From: Bacillota bacterium | GTDB taxonomy: Bacteria > Bacillota > Clostridia > Christensenellales > Aristaeellaceae | Assembly: GCA_009787135.1 (NCBI GenBank) | Contig: WRGP01000254.1 | Coordinates: forward strand, 1-42,913 | DNA length: 42,913 nt | Direction of reading: 5' to 3' | In this document: piece after piece, positions 30,230 through 39,760 of the stretch | How positions within the stretch are numbered: position 1 is the first letter of the stretch | How the letters are laid out: each line of letters begins with the position of its first letter | Program-made: the position numbers and the translations under genes | The notes under the pieces: generated by a model | Databases searched by the model: none | Seen by the model: only the letters and a program-made list of their open reading frames with translations | Told to the model about the DNA's origin: nothing

Positions 30230-32215
30230 ATGAATGAAAACCGCTCGTTCGCGTCCTCCCTTTGGCGCGTCGTCCTGTCGCTCCTCATCATAGGGGCCGT
30301 GCTGGCCGCCACTGTGCTCGTTTCCGGCAGCGCGCTGATCACCGTGGAGGACATTACGGTCAACCGCGTCCTCGCGGGGACATACGGCACGCCAGATTGG
30401 CGCGTGCGGGAGATGAACCCGCTGCTCGCGCAGCTTCTGACGCTCTTCTATCGCGCCGTTCCGGCCGTGAACTGGTACGGCGTCCTGCTGCTGGCTTTAC
30501 TGCTCGCGGCGGCAGCCGGGGCCGTTGCCCTTGCGGCGCGCAAAAAAGGCGGGTTTGTGCCCGCGGCTGTCATCTTGTGTCCTATTGTACTGCTGCTGAC
30601 AAACGCCGTGCACTCCACCGCCGTCTGCGCGCTGTGCGCCGGTACCGGCTCTCTTCTCATCATGGACGGCCTCCAGCGCCGCAAAGGCGGGTCGGCGCGC
30701 ACCATCGCGGGCGCCGTGCTGTTCCTGTTTGCCGTCATGCTGTCCTTCTATTGGGGCGTTTTGCTGGCGGCCGCGGCCGCGGTATGCTATCTTTCCTATG
30801 CCGGTCACGAAAGCCGCGTAAAGGGTTTCGCGCTGGGGACGGCGGTGATGGCAGTACTCGCCCTGACCTCGTACGGATATGCCACGCTCGTGTATAACAC
30901 GCCGGAGATGGCCGCGTACCGCAATCACTATGCCCTCTATGAAAGGCTTCAGCATAGCAGCCTGAAGGAAGAAGCGGACAGCCTCCTCTCCGCATACGGG
31001 ATTCCCGTTTTCGTGGAAAGCGATCATTTGAATACAGGCCATGACAGCGGCGGCGATCATGAGCACGCGGAGCCTGACGGCCAGCGCGCCGACCTCGCCG
31101 TTGAGCTTCCGCCCAACGCCTTCGACGCTGTCGGCTGGTCGCTGAACGACGCGTCCCTGTTCTTCACCCGCTACGGCATGGATACGGAATTGACCGATCC
31201 GCAAACCCTGCGCATCCTCAGCCGGGAGGCCCGCTATTACAGCGTACAGCCCGGCAGGCTGCTTTCAGAGCTTTACACCACGCTGAAAAAGCCGCAGTTC
31301 CTGCTGCTGATCGCCCTGCTCGTCTTCACCGCGCTGGGCGCCGTCGTCACAAGCCACGGCAAGGGGCTGACCGCGATGCTGGCCGTGCTCTTCGCCCTGG
31401 GCGGGCATATCGGCGCCTTGGCCTGCTACTATAATTCCTTCTCGGATATCGCGCCCTTCTACCTGCTGGCGATCGTGGCGCTTTTGTACCATTACGACGG
31501 AGAGGACGCCAAAGCATGGTATCGAAGGTTGCTCGCCCCGCGCGGCTTGCGCCTTGGCGCCTCGCTCCTCGCGCTTATCTTCTTTGCCGCCGGCATGACC
31601 GGTTTCTTTTATTACACAAGCGCCGCGCCCGCAAACAGCAATGCATACGTGGCGGAAGCGGTGAACTTCATAAGGCCCTATCTCGCGGCCAATCCCGATA
31701 CGCTGTTTATTGGCGATAACCCCAACGAACGCTATAAGCCGCAAACGCTTGACGCCCCGGGACGCGGGGAGGATCAAAACCTGCTGGCAGGCAGCTATGA
31801 TCTCTACAGCCCCCGCGCGGCCGCCCTGCTGGAAAAATACGGCCTTACCAACCCCCTCAAGGACAGCCTCGGCCGAGAGGATATTGCCTATATTTCCATG
31901 TCCTATTCCGACAGCGCCGTTTCCCTCCGCCTGGCGGACGCATATGGCATCTACGCAAAGCCTCCCGCGGAACTGCTCACCGAGCCTTTCTATTCGGAAA
32001 AGATCATCCGCCTTTCCGCCTATACGCGGCAGGAGGTGGAAGAGCTTGTGGAAACGGCGCGCTACGAGCAGGAGCAGGCCGAGGCTTGGGCGCAGGCCTT
32101 GCAAGAGGCTGATGCAAAGGGGCTGATTCCGCCGGCGGAGGAAGACGGCGGCCCGCCGGAGGCGGCCCTTCCTCAAGGCGCGCCCGCTGAGACGAAGCCC
32201 GTGCCCGATGCGTGA
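30230..32215 (+). CDS. Large polytopic membrane protein of unknown function (661 aa)
   Basis: ORF 30047-32215 trimmed to ATG 30230 (AAAGGAGA 10 nt upstream), which removes the overlap with tlyA. There are two clusters of hydrophobic helices separated by a soluble region containing a His/Asp-rich stretch (DHLNTGHDSGGDHEHAEPDG). The C-terminal tail is acidic and Pro-rich. Confidence 0.72.
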   Translation: MNENRSFASSLWRVVLSLLIIGAVLAATVLVSGSALITVEDITVNRVLAGTYGTPDWRVREMNPLLAQLLTLFYRAVPAVNWYGVLLLALLLAAAAGAVALAARKKGGFVPAAVILCPIVLLLTNAVHSTAVCALCAGTGSLLIMDGLQRRKGGSARTIAGAVLFLFAVMLSFYWGVLLAAAAAVCYLSYAGHESRVKGFALGTAVMAVLALTSYGYATLVYNTPEMAAYRNHYALYERLQHSSLKEEADSLLSAYGIPVFVESDHLNTGHDSGGDHEHAEPDGQRADLAVELPPNAFDAVGWSLNDASLFFTRYGMDTELTDPQTLRILSREARYYSVQPGRLLSELYTTLKKPQFLLLIALLVFTALGAVVTSHGKGLTAMLAVLFALGGHIGALACYYNSFSDIAPFYLLAIVALLYHYDGEDAKAWYRRLLAPRGLRLGASLLALIFFAAGMTGFFYYTSAAPANSNAYVAEAVNFIRPYLAANPDTLFIGDNPNERYKPQTLDAPGRGEDQNLLAGSYDLYSPRAAALLEKYGLTNPLKDSLGREDIAYISMSYSDSAVSLRLADAYGIYAKPPAELLTEPFYSEKIIRLSAYTRQEVEELVETARYEQEQAEAWAQALQEADAKGLIPPAEEDGGPPEAALPQGAPAETKPVPDA

Positions 32216-33431
32216 TGCCATATGGCCGGTAGCCATTGTCGGCGGCGGCGCGTCTGGGCTTATGGCGGCCGTCGCGGCCTCTCAAACCCGTCCGGGTTCG
32301 GTGCTGCTGCTGGAAAAGGAGCCGCGCGTGGGGCGCAAGCTTTTGGCCACGGGCAATGGCCGCTGTAACCTGCTGAACCTTTCCGCGGGGCCGGAACACT
32401 ATCATGGCGGCGGGGCGCAAGCCGCCGCCTCGCTGCTTTCCCGTATGCCGCCCAAGGCCGTTATCGCGCGCTTTGAGGCGCTTGGCCTGCATGTGCGGGA
32501 GGAGGAAGACGGGCGGATCTATCCCTACAGCGGCCAGGCGAGCGCCGTGCTGGATGTCCTTCGCGCCGCCTGCGGGCGGCAAGGCGTCAAAACCCTATGC
32601 GGCGCGGAGGTCGTGCGGATCACGCCGGGCGGCGGCGCCTTTACCCTGCGCATGGCGTCGGGGGAAGCGCATGCCGCGCGGCGCGTCATTCTGGCGGCAG
32701 GCGGCATGGCCGCCCCCGCTTTCGGGGCAAGCGGCCAATCGTTCGCGCTGCTTTCCGGCGTCGGCCACACCGTCGTGCCCCCCATGCCCGCGCTCTCGCC
32801 GCTCAGGCTTCCGGCGGAGCGCGTCCGCGGCCTCAAGGGTGTGCGCGTCCGCGCCACGCTTGCGCTTGTGAGCCAAGGCGCGCCGCAAGGGGAGGCGCGG
32901 GGCGAAGCGCTCTTTACCGAATACGGCGTCTCCGGCATCGCCGCCATGCGGCTCAGCCGAAGGGCGGGGGAACTGCTCCGCTCAGGCAAGGACGCCACGC
33001 TATCCATCCGCCTGCTGGATACAGAAACCGCCGAAGCCCAAATGGAGCGGCGGCTGTCCCTCTATAAAAACCAGTCTTTAGAAAGCTTCTTCACCGGCTT
33101 GCTGCATAGCCGCGTCGCCCTCTGCCTTCTGCGCGAGGCGGGTCTCTCGGCCGGGGCGCCCGTCACGCTGGCGGCGGCGGGAATACTCGCGCGCCTGCTG
33201 GCGGATTGGCAAGTGCCCATCCTTAGCGTGCTGCCCTTTGAACACGCGCAGGCTACCGCCGGCGGCGCGGTTCTTGAGGAGTTCCATCCGCAAACGTTGG
33301 AATCGCTTATTCTGCCGGGGTTCTATGCCTGCGGGGAAGCGCTGGACGTGGACGGGGATTGCGGCGGATACAATCTGCTTTGGGCTTGGGTCTCCGGCGC
33401 TGCGGCGGGGGAAAACGCGGGGAAGCCATAA
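32208..33431 (+). CDS. HI0933/YhiN (BaiN-like, 'aminoacetone oxidase family') FAD-dependent oxidoreductase
   Basis: N-terminal dinucleotide motif VAIVGGGASGLMAA, followed by LLEKEPRVGRKLLATGNGRCNLLN and the C-terminal GEALDVDGDCGGYNL, both typical of this family. It overlaps the upstream membrane-protein gene by 8 nt. Confidence 0.85.
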   Translation: MRDAIWPVAIVGGGASGLMAAVAASQTRPGSVLLLEKEPRVGRKLLATGNGRCNLLNLSAGPEHYHGGGAQAAASLLSRMPPKAVIARFEALGLHVREEEDGRIYPYSGQASAVLDVLRAACGRQGVKTLCGAEVVRITPGGGAFTLRMASGEAHAARRVILAAGGMAAPAFGASGQSFALLSGVGHTVVPPMPALSPLRLPAERVRGLKGVRVRATLALVSQGAPQGEARGEALFTEYGVSGIAAMRLSRRAGELLRSGKDATLSIRLLDTETAEAQMERRLSLYKNQSLESFFTGLLHSRVALCLLREAGLSAGAPVTLAAAGILARLLADWQVPILSVLPFEHAQATAGGAVLEEFHPQTLESLILPGFYACGEALDVDGDCGGYNLLWAWVSGAAAGENAGKP

Positions 33432-33486
33432 CGCGGAGGTTGCTGGCCGCCGTAACACTCAATTTTCGCGCGGCATTTGCCTAACG

Positions 33487-34152
33487 CTATAGCATCTGCT
33501 GTTCATTGATAATCAGTTTAAACTGCAGCCCCAGCGTTTGGCAGGCCCTGCGGCACAAAATCATGCGGTCCAGGAAAATTTCAAAATAATCCATCACAGA
33601 GCCATAATGCGTATCCACGGTCAGCTTAAGCTTGAGCAGCGTATGTTCCTCGTTGATTTTCACGATCGACTTTTTCGTGGCAAAGTTCACGCGGTCGTGG
33701 ATGTCAAAGGCAGTCGTGTCCTCGTTGCGCACGCGGCTTCGGCGCACGTCCGATTTATCGCCTACAATAAGCGCGGCGGTGATCGCGTTGATCGGCTCGG
33801 CCGTGCCCTCGTCGTGGTTGCCGATGGCCGTAACAACGGCGGCAATGTCCTCCGGCGGCATGCCCATGCGCTCCAAAATATGAAACGCCATCAGCGCGCC
33901 GCTCTGCGCGTGGTCAGCCCGGTTGACGAGGTTGCCGATATCGTGCAGGTACGCCGCGATCTGCGCCAGATCCACCGCGCGGCTGTCCGCGCCCATGGTT
34001 TCCAGAATGTACTTGGCCGTCTCCGCCACGCGCGCCACATGGGCCGCGCTGTGCTCCGTATAGCCCATGGTCTGAAGGGACGCGTCCGCGCAGCGGATGT
34101 ACGTGTCAATGGCCGGATCGCGTTTGATTTGGTCAAAGGTAATTTCTTGCAT
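33487..34152 (-). CDS. HD-domain metal-dependent phosphohydrolase
   Basis: H...HD signature (SAAHVARV ... AAYLHDIGN ... GNHDEG). ORF 33487-34191 trimmed to ATG 34152, with AAGGAAG about 4 nt upstream. Confidence 0.8.
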   Translation of the reverse strand: MQEITFDQIKRDPAIDTYIRCADASLQTMGYTEHSAAHVARVAETAKYILETMGADSRAVDLAQIAAYLHDIGNLVNRADHAQSGALMAFHILERMGMPPEDIAAVVTAIGNHDEGTAEPINAITAALIVGDKSDVRRSRVRNEDTTAFDIHDRVNFATKKSIVKINEEHTLLKLKLTVDTHYGSVMDYFEIFLDRMILCRRACQTLGLQFKLIINEQQML

Positions 34153-34264
34153 GTGCTTCCTTTCGCCGCTTATCGTTACTTCATTTTTCACATAATTCGA
34201 CTTTCACATTCCGTTTCCTTCACGCATAGGATACGCTTTGTCCGGAGAAATTTTAGCGAGACAC

Positions 34265-34293
34265 TTGACTAAATCGATGAAGTATCGTATACT
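34265..34293 (+). promoter_or_regulatory. Predicted his operon promoter (TTGACT-17 nt-TATACT)
   Basis: Reads cacTTGACTaaatcgatgaagtatcgTATACTgcc. It lies 28 nt upstream of the hisZ ATG, whose RBS is AGGAGG. Confidence 0.6.
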
Positions 34294-34320
34294 GCCAGCA
34301 AATCAAGAAGGAGGCGCCCT

Positions 34321-35424
34321 ATGCAGAGCCAACACGAGCTGCTTCGGCCCGACGAACAGGCGACCCTTGTGCTCCGGCGCTTGTATGAGCGCTACGGCTA
34401 TAAAAAATTCCGCATGAACCGGTTTGAGGAATATGATTTCTACGCCGTCAACCGCGATTTTCTCGCCAACGGCCAGATCATCACCTTCACGGGGCTGGAC
34501 GGCAAGCTGATGGCGCTGCGGCCCGACGTAACGCTGTCCATCGTGAAAAAAACCCAGGCGGATGCGGGCGCGGCGGACCGGCTGTATTATACGGAGCCGG
34601 TGTACCGCCCCTGCAAGCACGCTTCGGCGTATCGGGAGAGTTTTCAGGTGGGCGTGGAGCACATCGGCGAAATCACCCCCTATGCCAGCGTGGAGGTGGT
34701 TTCGCTGGCCGCGCGCAGCCTTTCGCTGATAGAGGCCGATTGCGTGCTGGACATCTCGCACACAGGCTATGTGGAGGGGCTGCTGGCGGGGCTGCCCATG
34801 GACGATTTGACGCGCCGCGCCGTGCGCCGCTGCATCGAGGAAAAGAACGCGCATGAGCTGCGGCTGGCCGTGGCGGACACGCTGTCCGGGGAGGAGGCAG
34901 CCAGGCTGGCCGCCGTGGCGCAGCTCTCCGGCCCCTTCCCCCAAGCGCTGCCGGAGGCCAGGGCGCTGGCCAGCGGCGAGATGATGCTGGCCGCCATCGC
35001 CGAGCTGGAAACGCTCTACGCGGCCATGGCGGCCTCCGGCGAGGCGGGCCCGCTCCGGCTTGACTTTTCCATCACCAGCGACGCGAAATACTACAGCGGC
35101 CTGATGCTGCGCGGCTACATCCGCGGCGTGCCCAGCGCGGTGCTCAGCGGCGGGCGGTACGATCCGTTGCTGAGGCGCATGGGCAAGCCGGGCCTCTCGG
35201 CCATGGGCTTCGCGATCTACTTTGACGAGCTGGCAAGGTTTCTGAGCGCCGAGGCGGACACAGCCGTGGAAACCGTGGTGCTCTATAAGCCGGACGCGGA
35301 CCCCGCGGCGGTGACGCGCATGGTGCACTCCCGCGTGGCACGGGGCGAGCGCGTCTGGGCCGGCACGGCGCTGCCCAAAGGCCTTACGTGGTCGCGGGTA
35401 TTGGAGGTGAACGGGCATGCTTAA
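34321..35424 (+). CDS. hisZ: ATP phosphoribosyltransferase regulatory subunit (HisRS paralogue)
   Basis: A class-II aaRS-like core without an anticodon domain (LRPDVTLSIVK, YYSGLMLRGY). It lies directly upstream of, and overlaps, a short-form hisG. Confidence 0.9.
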   Translation: MQSQHELLRPDEQATLVLRRLYERYGYKKFRMNRFEEYDFYAVNRDFLANGQIITFTGLDGKLMALRPDVTLSIVKKTQADAGAADRLYYTEPVYRPCKHASAYRESFQVGVEHIGEITPYASVEVVSLAARSLSLIEADCVLDISHTGYVEGLLAGLPMDDLTRRAVRRCIEEKNAHELRLAVADTLSGEEAARLAAVAQLSGPFPQALPEARALASGEMMLAAIAELETLYAAMAASGEAGPLRLDFSITSDAKYYSGLMLRGYIRGVPSAVLSGGRYDPLLRRMGKPGLSAMGFAIYFDELARFLSAEADTAVETVVLYKPDADPAAVTRMVHSRVARGERVWAGTALPKGLTWSRVLEVNGHA

Positions 35425-36040
35425 CATCGCCTTGCCCAAGGGGCGCCTAGGGGATAAGGTGTACCGCCTGTTCGCCCAGATGGGCTTTGACTGCCCGGAT
35501 TTTTTTGAGGACCATCGAAAGCTCGTGCTGGAAAGCGCGGCCGGGGACATCCGCTATTTCCTGGTGAAACCTTCGGACGTGGCGATCTACGTGGAGCACG
35601 GCGCGGCGGATATCGGCGTGGTGGGGCGGGATATTTTGCTGGAGACGCGGCCGGACGTCTATGAACTGCTTGATTTGAAGCTTGGCAAATGCCGGCTTGC
35701 CATCGCCGGGCCAAACGATTTCCGCGACCGGCCGGACGCGCCCCTCCGGGTGGCCACCAAATTCCCCAACGTGACACGGCGGCATTACCAGGGCAAAAAC
35801 CGCGACATTGAAGTCATCAAGCTCAACGGCTCCATTGAGCTCGCGCCGCTCCTTGGGCTTTCGGACGTGATTGTGGACATTGTGGAGACCGGCACCACGC
35901 TAAAGGAAAACAACCTGCGCGTGTTTGAGGATATCGCCCAAAGCAGCGCGCGCCTGATCGCGGGCAAGGGCGGCTATAAATTCAAGCGGCCAAGAATTGA
36001 TTCGATTGTAACGCAAATGACGGAGGCGATTGAAACATGA
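35417..36040 (+). CDS. hisG: ATP phosphoribosyltransferase, short form
   Basis: 207 aa, MLNIALPKGRL...VKPSDVAIYVEHGAADIGVVGRD...LVETGTTLKEN-type blocks. The short form is consistent with the presence of hisZ. Confidence 0.94.
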   Translation: MLNIALPKGRLGDKVYRLFAQMGFDCPDFFEDHRKLVLESAAGDIRYFLVKPSDVAIYVEHGAADIGVVGRDILLETRPDVYELLDLKLGKCRLAIAGPNDFRDRPDAPLRVATKFPNVTRRHYQGKNRDIEVIKLNGSIELAPLLGLSDVIVDIVETGTTLKENNLRVFEDIAQSSARLIAGKGGYKFKRPRIDSIVTQMTEAIET

Positions 36041-37317
36041 TCCGGATTATGCAAAGCGGCGAAGTGGACGCAAGCGAGCTGATCTCGTGCCAGGTGGAGC
36101 AGAACATGGAAATCGACGCCCGCGTGCTCGCCATCCTAAGCGAGGTGCGCGAACGCGGCGACGAGGCGGTGCTCGCGCTTACCAGGCAATTGGACGGCGC
36201 AACGCTTGACGCCTTGGAGCTTCCCGCCCGGGAAATTGACAAGGCCTACGCGGCCATGGACGCGGATTTTCTCCAGACGCTGGAAATGGCCGCCGAAAAC
36301 ATCCGCGCGTTTCATGCAAAGCAGGTCCGCAACAACTTTATCATCAGCGAGACGGAAGGCGTTTTGCTCGGCCAGAGGGTGACGCCCCTCGCCCGCGCGG
36401 GCCTGTATGTGCCCGGCGGCACGGCGCTCTACCCCAGCACGGTCCTCATGGACGCCATCCCCGCGAAGCTGGCCGGCGTTCCGGAGGTCGTCATGGCCAC
36501 GCCGCCAAGGCCCGACGGCAGCGTGGACGCGGGCGTGCTCGCCGCCGCCAGGGTGGCCGGCGTGAGCCGCGTCTTCCGTATGGGCGGCGCGCAGGCGATC
36601 GGCGCCATGGCGTATGGAACAAAGAGTGTGCCGCGCGTGGACAAAATCGTCGGCCCCGGCAACATCTACGTCGCCACGGCCAAGCGGCTTGTATACGGCC
36701 TGGTGGATATCGACATGGTGGCGGGGCCGAGCGAGATTCTCATCATCGCCGACGAGACGTGCAATCCCGCCCATATCGCCGCGGATTTGCTCTCGCAGGC
36801 CGAGCACGACAGACTGGCGTCGTCCCTGCTCGTCACCACGAGCCAGGCCCTGGCCGAGGCCGTGCGGCAGGCGCTGGAGGAGCAGATCCCCCGGCTGCCC
36901 CGCGCGGATATCTGCCGGGAATCCATCGACAAAAACGGCCGCATCATCGTGGCGGAATCGCTTGCCGGCGCTGTCGCCATCAGCAACCAAATCGCGCCGG
37001 AGCACCTTGAGCTGTGTGTGGAAGACCCGTTCAGCCTGCTGCCGGCGGTGCGAAACGCGGGCAGCATCTTCCTTGGCAAAAACGCGCCGGAGGCGCTGGG
37101 CGATTACTTCGCCGGCCCCAACCACACGCTGCCCACCAGCGGCACGGCCCGCTTCTCCTCCCCGCTGTCGGTGGATGATTTTGTAAAGAAGTCGTCATTC
37201 ATCTACTATACAAAAGAAGCGCTGGGCAAGGTGCGGGCAAGGGTCGTGGATTTTGCGACGCGCGAGGGACTGGCGGCGCACGCGGAGAGCGTGGCGATCC
37301 GGTTTCGGGAGGCGTAA
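36037..37317 (+). CDS. hisD: Histidinol dehydrogenase
   Basis: 426 aa with conserved LYVPGGTALYPSTVLM, GPGNIYVATAKR, SQAEHD and PEHLEL blocks. An ATGA overlap couples it to hisG. Confidence 0.95.
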   Translation: MIRIMQSGEVDASELISCQVEQNMEIDARVLAILSEVRERGDEAVLALTRQLDGATLDALELPAREIDKAYAAMDADFLQTLEMAAENIRAFHAKQVRNNFIISETEGVLLGQRVTPLARAGLYVPGGTALYPSTVLMDAIPAKLAGVPEVVMATPPRPDGSVDAGVLAAARVAGVSRVFRMGGAQAIGAMAYGTKSVPRVDKIVGPGNIYVATAKRLVYGLVDIDMVAGPSEILIIADETCNPAHIAADLLSQAEHDRLASSLLVTTSQALAEAVRQALEEQIPRLPRADICRESIDKNGRIIVAESLAGAVAISNQIAPEHLELCVEDPFSLLPAVRNAGSIFLGKNAPEALGDYFAGPNHTLPTSGTARFSSPLSVDDFVKKSSFIYYTKEALGKVRARVVDFATREGLAAHAESVAIRFREA

Positions 37318-37322
37318 AAAAC

Positions 37323-37370
37323 GAAAGAGGGGAACGCGGGGGGATCTCCGCCCTTTGGCGGACCTCTTTC
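37323..37370 (+). other. Nested stem-loop in the hisD-hisC spacer (outer 8-bp GAAAGAGG/CCTCTTTC, inner 6-bp TCCGCC/GGCGGA)
   Basis: Both arm pairs are perfectly complementary. The inner helix stacks directly on the 3' outer arm. No T-run follows. Confidence 0.45.
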
Positions 37371-37402
37371 AAACACCCTCAAAATAAGAGAGGAGAGCGG
37401 CC

Positions 37403-38473
37403 ATGAGCCGATTTTTATCCGACCGCTTCGCGGCGCTCACCCCCTACGTTCCCGGCGAGCAGCCGAGGGACCAGCGGTATATCAAACTGAACACGAACGA
37501 AAGCCCCTATCCGCCCGCGATCGGCGTGCTGGAAGCCGTCAGCCGCGCGGAGGTGTCGCGGCTCAACCTGTATTCGGACCCCACGGCGCGGGAGCTTGAG
37601 AGCGCCATCGCGGCGTTTTACGGCGTGAACGCAGAGCAAGTGATGGCGACCAACGGCTCCGACGAGGCGCTGGCGTTCTGCTTTCAGGCGTTTTGCGATC
37701 AAAAAACGGGCGCTTGCTTCCCCGATATCACATACGGGTTCTACGAGGTCTTCGCCAGGCTTTACGGCGTGCCGGCGAAGGTGATCCCGCTGGACGAACA
37801 GTTCCGCGTAACGCCGGCGCTGTACCGAGGCGCGGGCGGCACGATCTTTCTGGCGAACCCGAACGCGCCGACGGGGATCGCGCTTCCGCTTGCCGCCGTG
37901 GAGGAAATCGCGCGGCAAAACCCGAATACGCTGTTGGTTGTGGACGAGGCGTATGTGGACTTTGGCGGGGAAAGCGCCGTGCCGCTGATCGGCCGGTACG
38001 ATAACGTGCTGGTCGTCATGACCTGCTCCAAATCACGGAACCTGGCGGGCGGGCGCGTTGGTTTCGTGCTGGGGAGCGCGGATGTCATACGCGACCTTCG
38101 CAAGATAAAGTATTCGTTCAACCCCTACAACCTCAACCGCCTCTCGCTGCTGGCCGGGGCCGCCGCCCTGCGGGATGAAGCCTATTTCCGCGCGTGTGTA
38201 AATACGATCATGGAAACGCGGGCATGGGCGGCGCGGGCGCTTGGCGAGCGTGGGTTTGAGGTGCTGGATTCCCGGACCAACTTTGTCTTCGCAAAGCCAG
38301 TAAGGCTCGGCGGCAAGGCGTATTATGAAGGGCTGAAGGCGGCCGGGGTGCTCGTGCGGCACTTTGACGCCCCGCGCGTCCGCGATTTTGTGCGCATCTC
38401 CATCGGCACGCCGGAGGAGATGCGCGCGCTGCTGGACGCGACAGACCGTTTATGGGAGGAAAAGAGAGCATGA
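37403..38473 (+). CDS. hisC: Histidinol-phosphate aminotransferase
   Basis: 356 aa, a class II aminotransferase pattern (KLNTNESPYPP, NPNAPTG, the PLP-lysine context TCSKSRNLAG, RISIG). The position within the his operon supports the call. Confidence 0.93.
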   Translation: MSRFLSDRFAALTPYVPGEQPRDQRYIKLNTNESPYPPAIGVLEAVSRAEVSRLNLYSDPTARELESAIAAFYGVNAEQVMATNGSDEALAFCFQAFCDQKTGACFPDITYGFYEVFARLYGVPAKVIPLDEQFRVTPALYRGAGGTIFLANPNAPTGIALPLAAVEEIARQNPNTLLVVDEAYVDFGGESAVPLIGRYDNVLVVMTCSKSRNLAGGRVGFVLGSADVIRDLRKIKYSFNPYNLNRLSLLAGAAALRDEAYFRACVNTIMETRAWAARALGERGFEVLDSRTNFVFAKPVRLGGKAYYEGLKAAGVLVRHFDAPRVRDFVRISIGTPEEMRALLDATDRLWEEKRA

Positions 38474-39060
38474 GACAGGCTACCGTCACCAGAAACACAG
38501 GGGAAACGCGAATCACGCTGACGCTTGCCCTGGACGGCTCGGGCAAGACCGAGATCCGTACGGGGTGCGGGTTTCTCGACCATATGCTCACGCTCTTCGC
38601 GCGCCACGGGCATTTCGGCCTGTCGCTCGCGTGCCAGGGCGACACACACGTGGACGACCACCACACCGTGGAGGACTGCGGCATCGCGCTGGGGCAGGCG
38701 TTTGCCCAGGCGCTGGGCGGCGGCCGCGGCATCGCGCGGTACGGAAGCTGCCTGCTGCCCATGGACGAGGCGCTGGTGCGGGTGGCGCTGGATGTGTCCG
38801 GCCGGGGGCATTTGGCATACGGCCTGAAGCCGCGCGCGCAAAAGGTTGGCACGTTCGATACGGAGCTGGTGAAGGAATTTTTCGGGGGCCTGTGCCGGAG
38901 CATGGGGCTGACGCTGCACGTCACGCAGCTGGCCGGTGAGAACGCGCATCATATCCTGGAGGCGGCCTTCAAGGGGCTTGGCCGCGCGCTGCGCGCGGCC
39001 ACGGCCATTGACCCCGAGCGGCAAGACGAAATCCCTTCCACAAAGGGCGTGCTCCTATGA
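38470..39060 (+). CDS. hisB: Imidazoleglycerol-phosphate dehydratase (monofunctional)
   Basis: ORF 38452-39060 trimmed to ATG 38470 (ATGA overlap with the hisC stop). MRQATVTRNTGETRITL, GFLDHML and DDHHTVEDCGIALG are IGPD signatures. Confidence 0.94.
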   Translation: MRQATVTRNTGETRITLTLALDGSGKTEIRTGCGFLDHMLTLFARHGHFGLSLACQGDTHVDDHHTVEDCGIALGQAFAQALGGGRGIARYGSCLLPMDEALVRVALDVSGRGHLAYGLKPRAQKVGTFDTELVKEFFGGLCRSMGLTLHVTQLAGENAHHILEAAFKGLGRALRAATAIDPERQDEIPSTKGVLL

Positions 39061-39674
39061 TCGCGATCGTTGACTATGGCGTAGGCAACCTGTTCTCGCT
39101 GGCCGCGTCGCTCCGGCACCTGGGCCTTGAGAGCACGGTGACCGGCGACGCGGACGCGATCGCGCGGGCGGAGCGGATCATCCTGCCGGGCGTGGGCGCA
39201 TTTGGCGACGCCATCACCAAGCTGCGCGCCACGGGGCTTGTGCCCACGCTGGATCGGGCCGTGGCCGGCGGCACGCCGCTGCTGGGCATCTGCCTTGGCA
39301 TGCAGCTCTTGTTTGAAAAGAGCGGCGAGTACGGCGACTGGGCCGGCCTTTCCTACCTCGCCGGCTATGTGGCGCCGCTGGCCGGCGACATTCCGCCGGC
39401 GCTGAAGGTGCCGCAAATGGGGTGGAACGCGCTTGAAATTCTGGACGAAAAAGAGCCGCTGCTGAAATACACAAGGCCGGGCGAACATGTATACTACGTA
39501 CACTCCTACTACGTCAAGGGCTGTGAGAACAGCCTCAAGGCCGGGTCGCGCTATGGCGTCTTCGTGCCCGGCGTGGTGCGCGCGGGCAATGTATGGGGCG
39601 CGCAGTTCCACCCTGAGAAGAGCGGAACGGCAGGCCTCGCGATGCTCAAGGCGTTTGGCGAGGGTGTGGGCTGA
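39057..39674 (+). CDS. hisH: Imidazole glycerol phosphate synthase, glutamine amidotransferase subunit
   Basis: A class I GATase with the catalytic GICLGMQ and FHPEKS motifs. It overlaps the hisB stop. Confidence 0.94.
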   Translation: MIAIVDYGVGNLFSLAASLRHLGLESTVTGDADAIARAERIILPGVGAFGDAITKLRATGLVPTLDRAVAGGTPLLGICLGMQLLFEKSGEYGDWAGLSYLAGYVAPLAGDIPPALKVPQMGWNALEILDEKEPLLKYTRPGEHVYYVHSYYVKGCENSLKAGSRYGVFVPGVVRAGNVWGAQFHPEKSGTAGLAMLKAFGEGVG

Positions 39675-39689
39675 CGACGGGGGAAACGC

Positions 39690-39719
39690 CTTCTTTCTTT
39701 TCGGGAGAAAAGAAAGAAG
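39690..39719 (+). other. Perfect 13-bp polypyrimidine/polypurine hairpin with a GGGA loop, in the hisH-hisA spacer
   Basis: cttctttcttttc-ggga-gaaaagaaagaag; every position pairs. No T-run follows on either strand. Confidence 0.8.
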
Positions 39720-39760
39720 CAAAGAAAAGCCTCTTTAAAGAAGCAAAGAAAAGCCTCTTT
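39713..39760. repeat. Perfect tandem duplication of a 24-bp unit (AAAGAAGCAAAGAAAAGCCTCTTT x2)
   Basis: Units at 39713-39736 and 39737-39760 are identical, read directly from the sequence. The first unit overlaps the 3' arm of the adjacent hairpin. Each unit can form a small AAAGA/TCTTT stem. Confidence 0.95.

Noticed and set aside
34192-34320. T-box or attenuator leader upstream of the his operon
   Set aside because: Only about 28 nt lie between the predicted -10 and the hisZ ATG, and the whole spacer is under 170 nt and shared with a divergent gene. I found no specifier/T-box sequence and no His-codon leader peptide.
39713-39760. Possible CRISPR-like or minisatellite array
   Set aside because: There are only two directly abutting 24-bp units with no spacers and no cas genes nearby. 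It is a simple tandem duplication.
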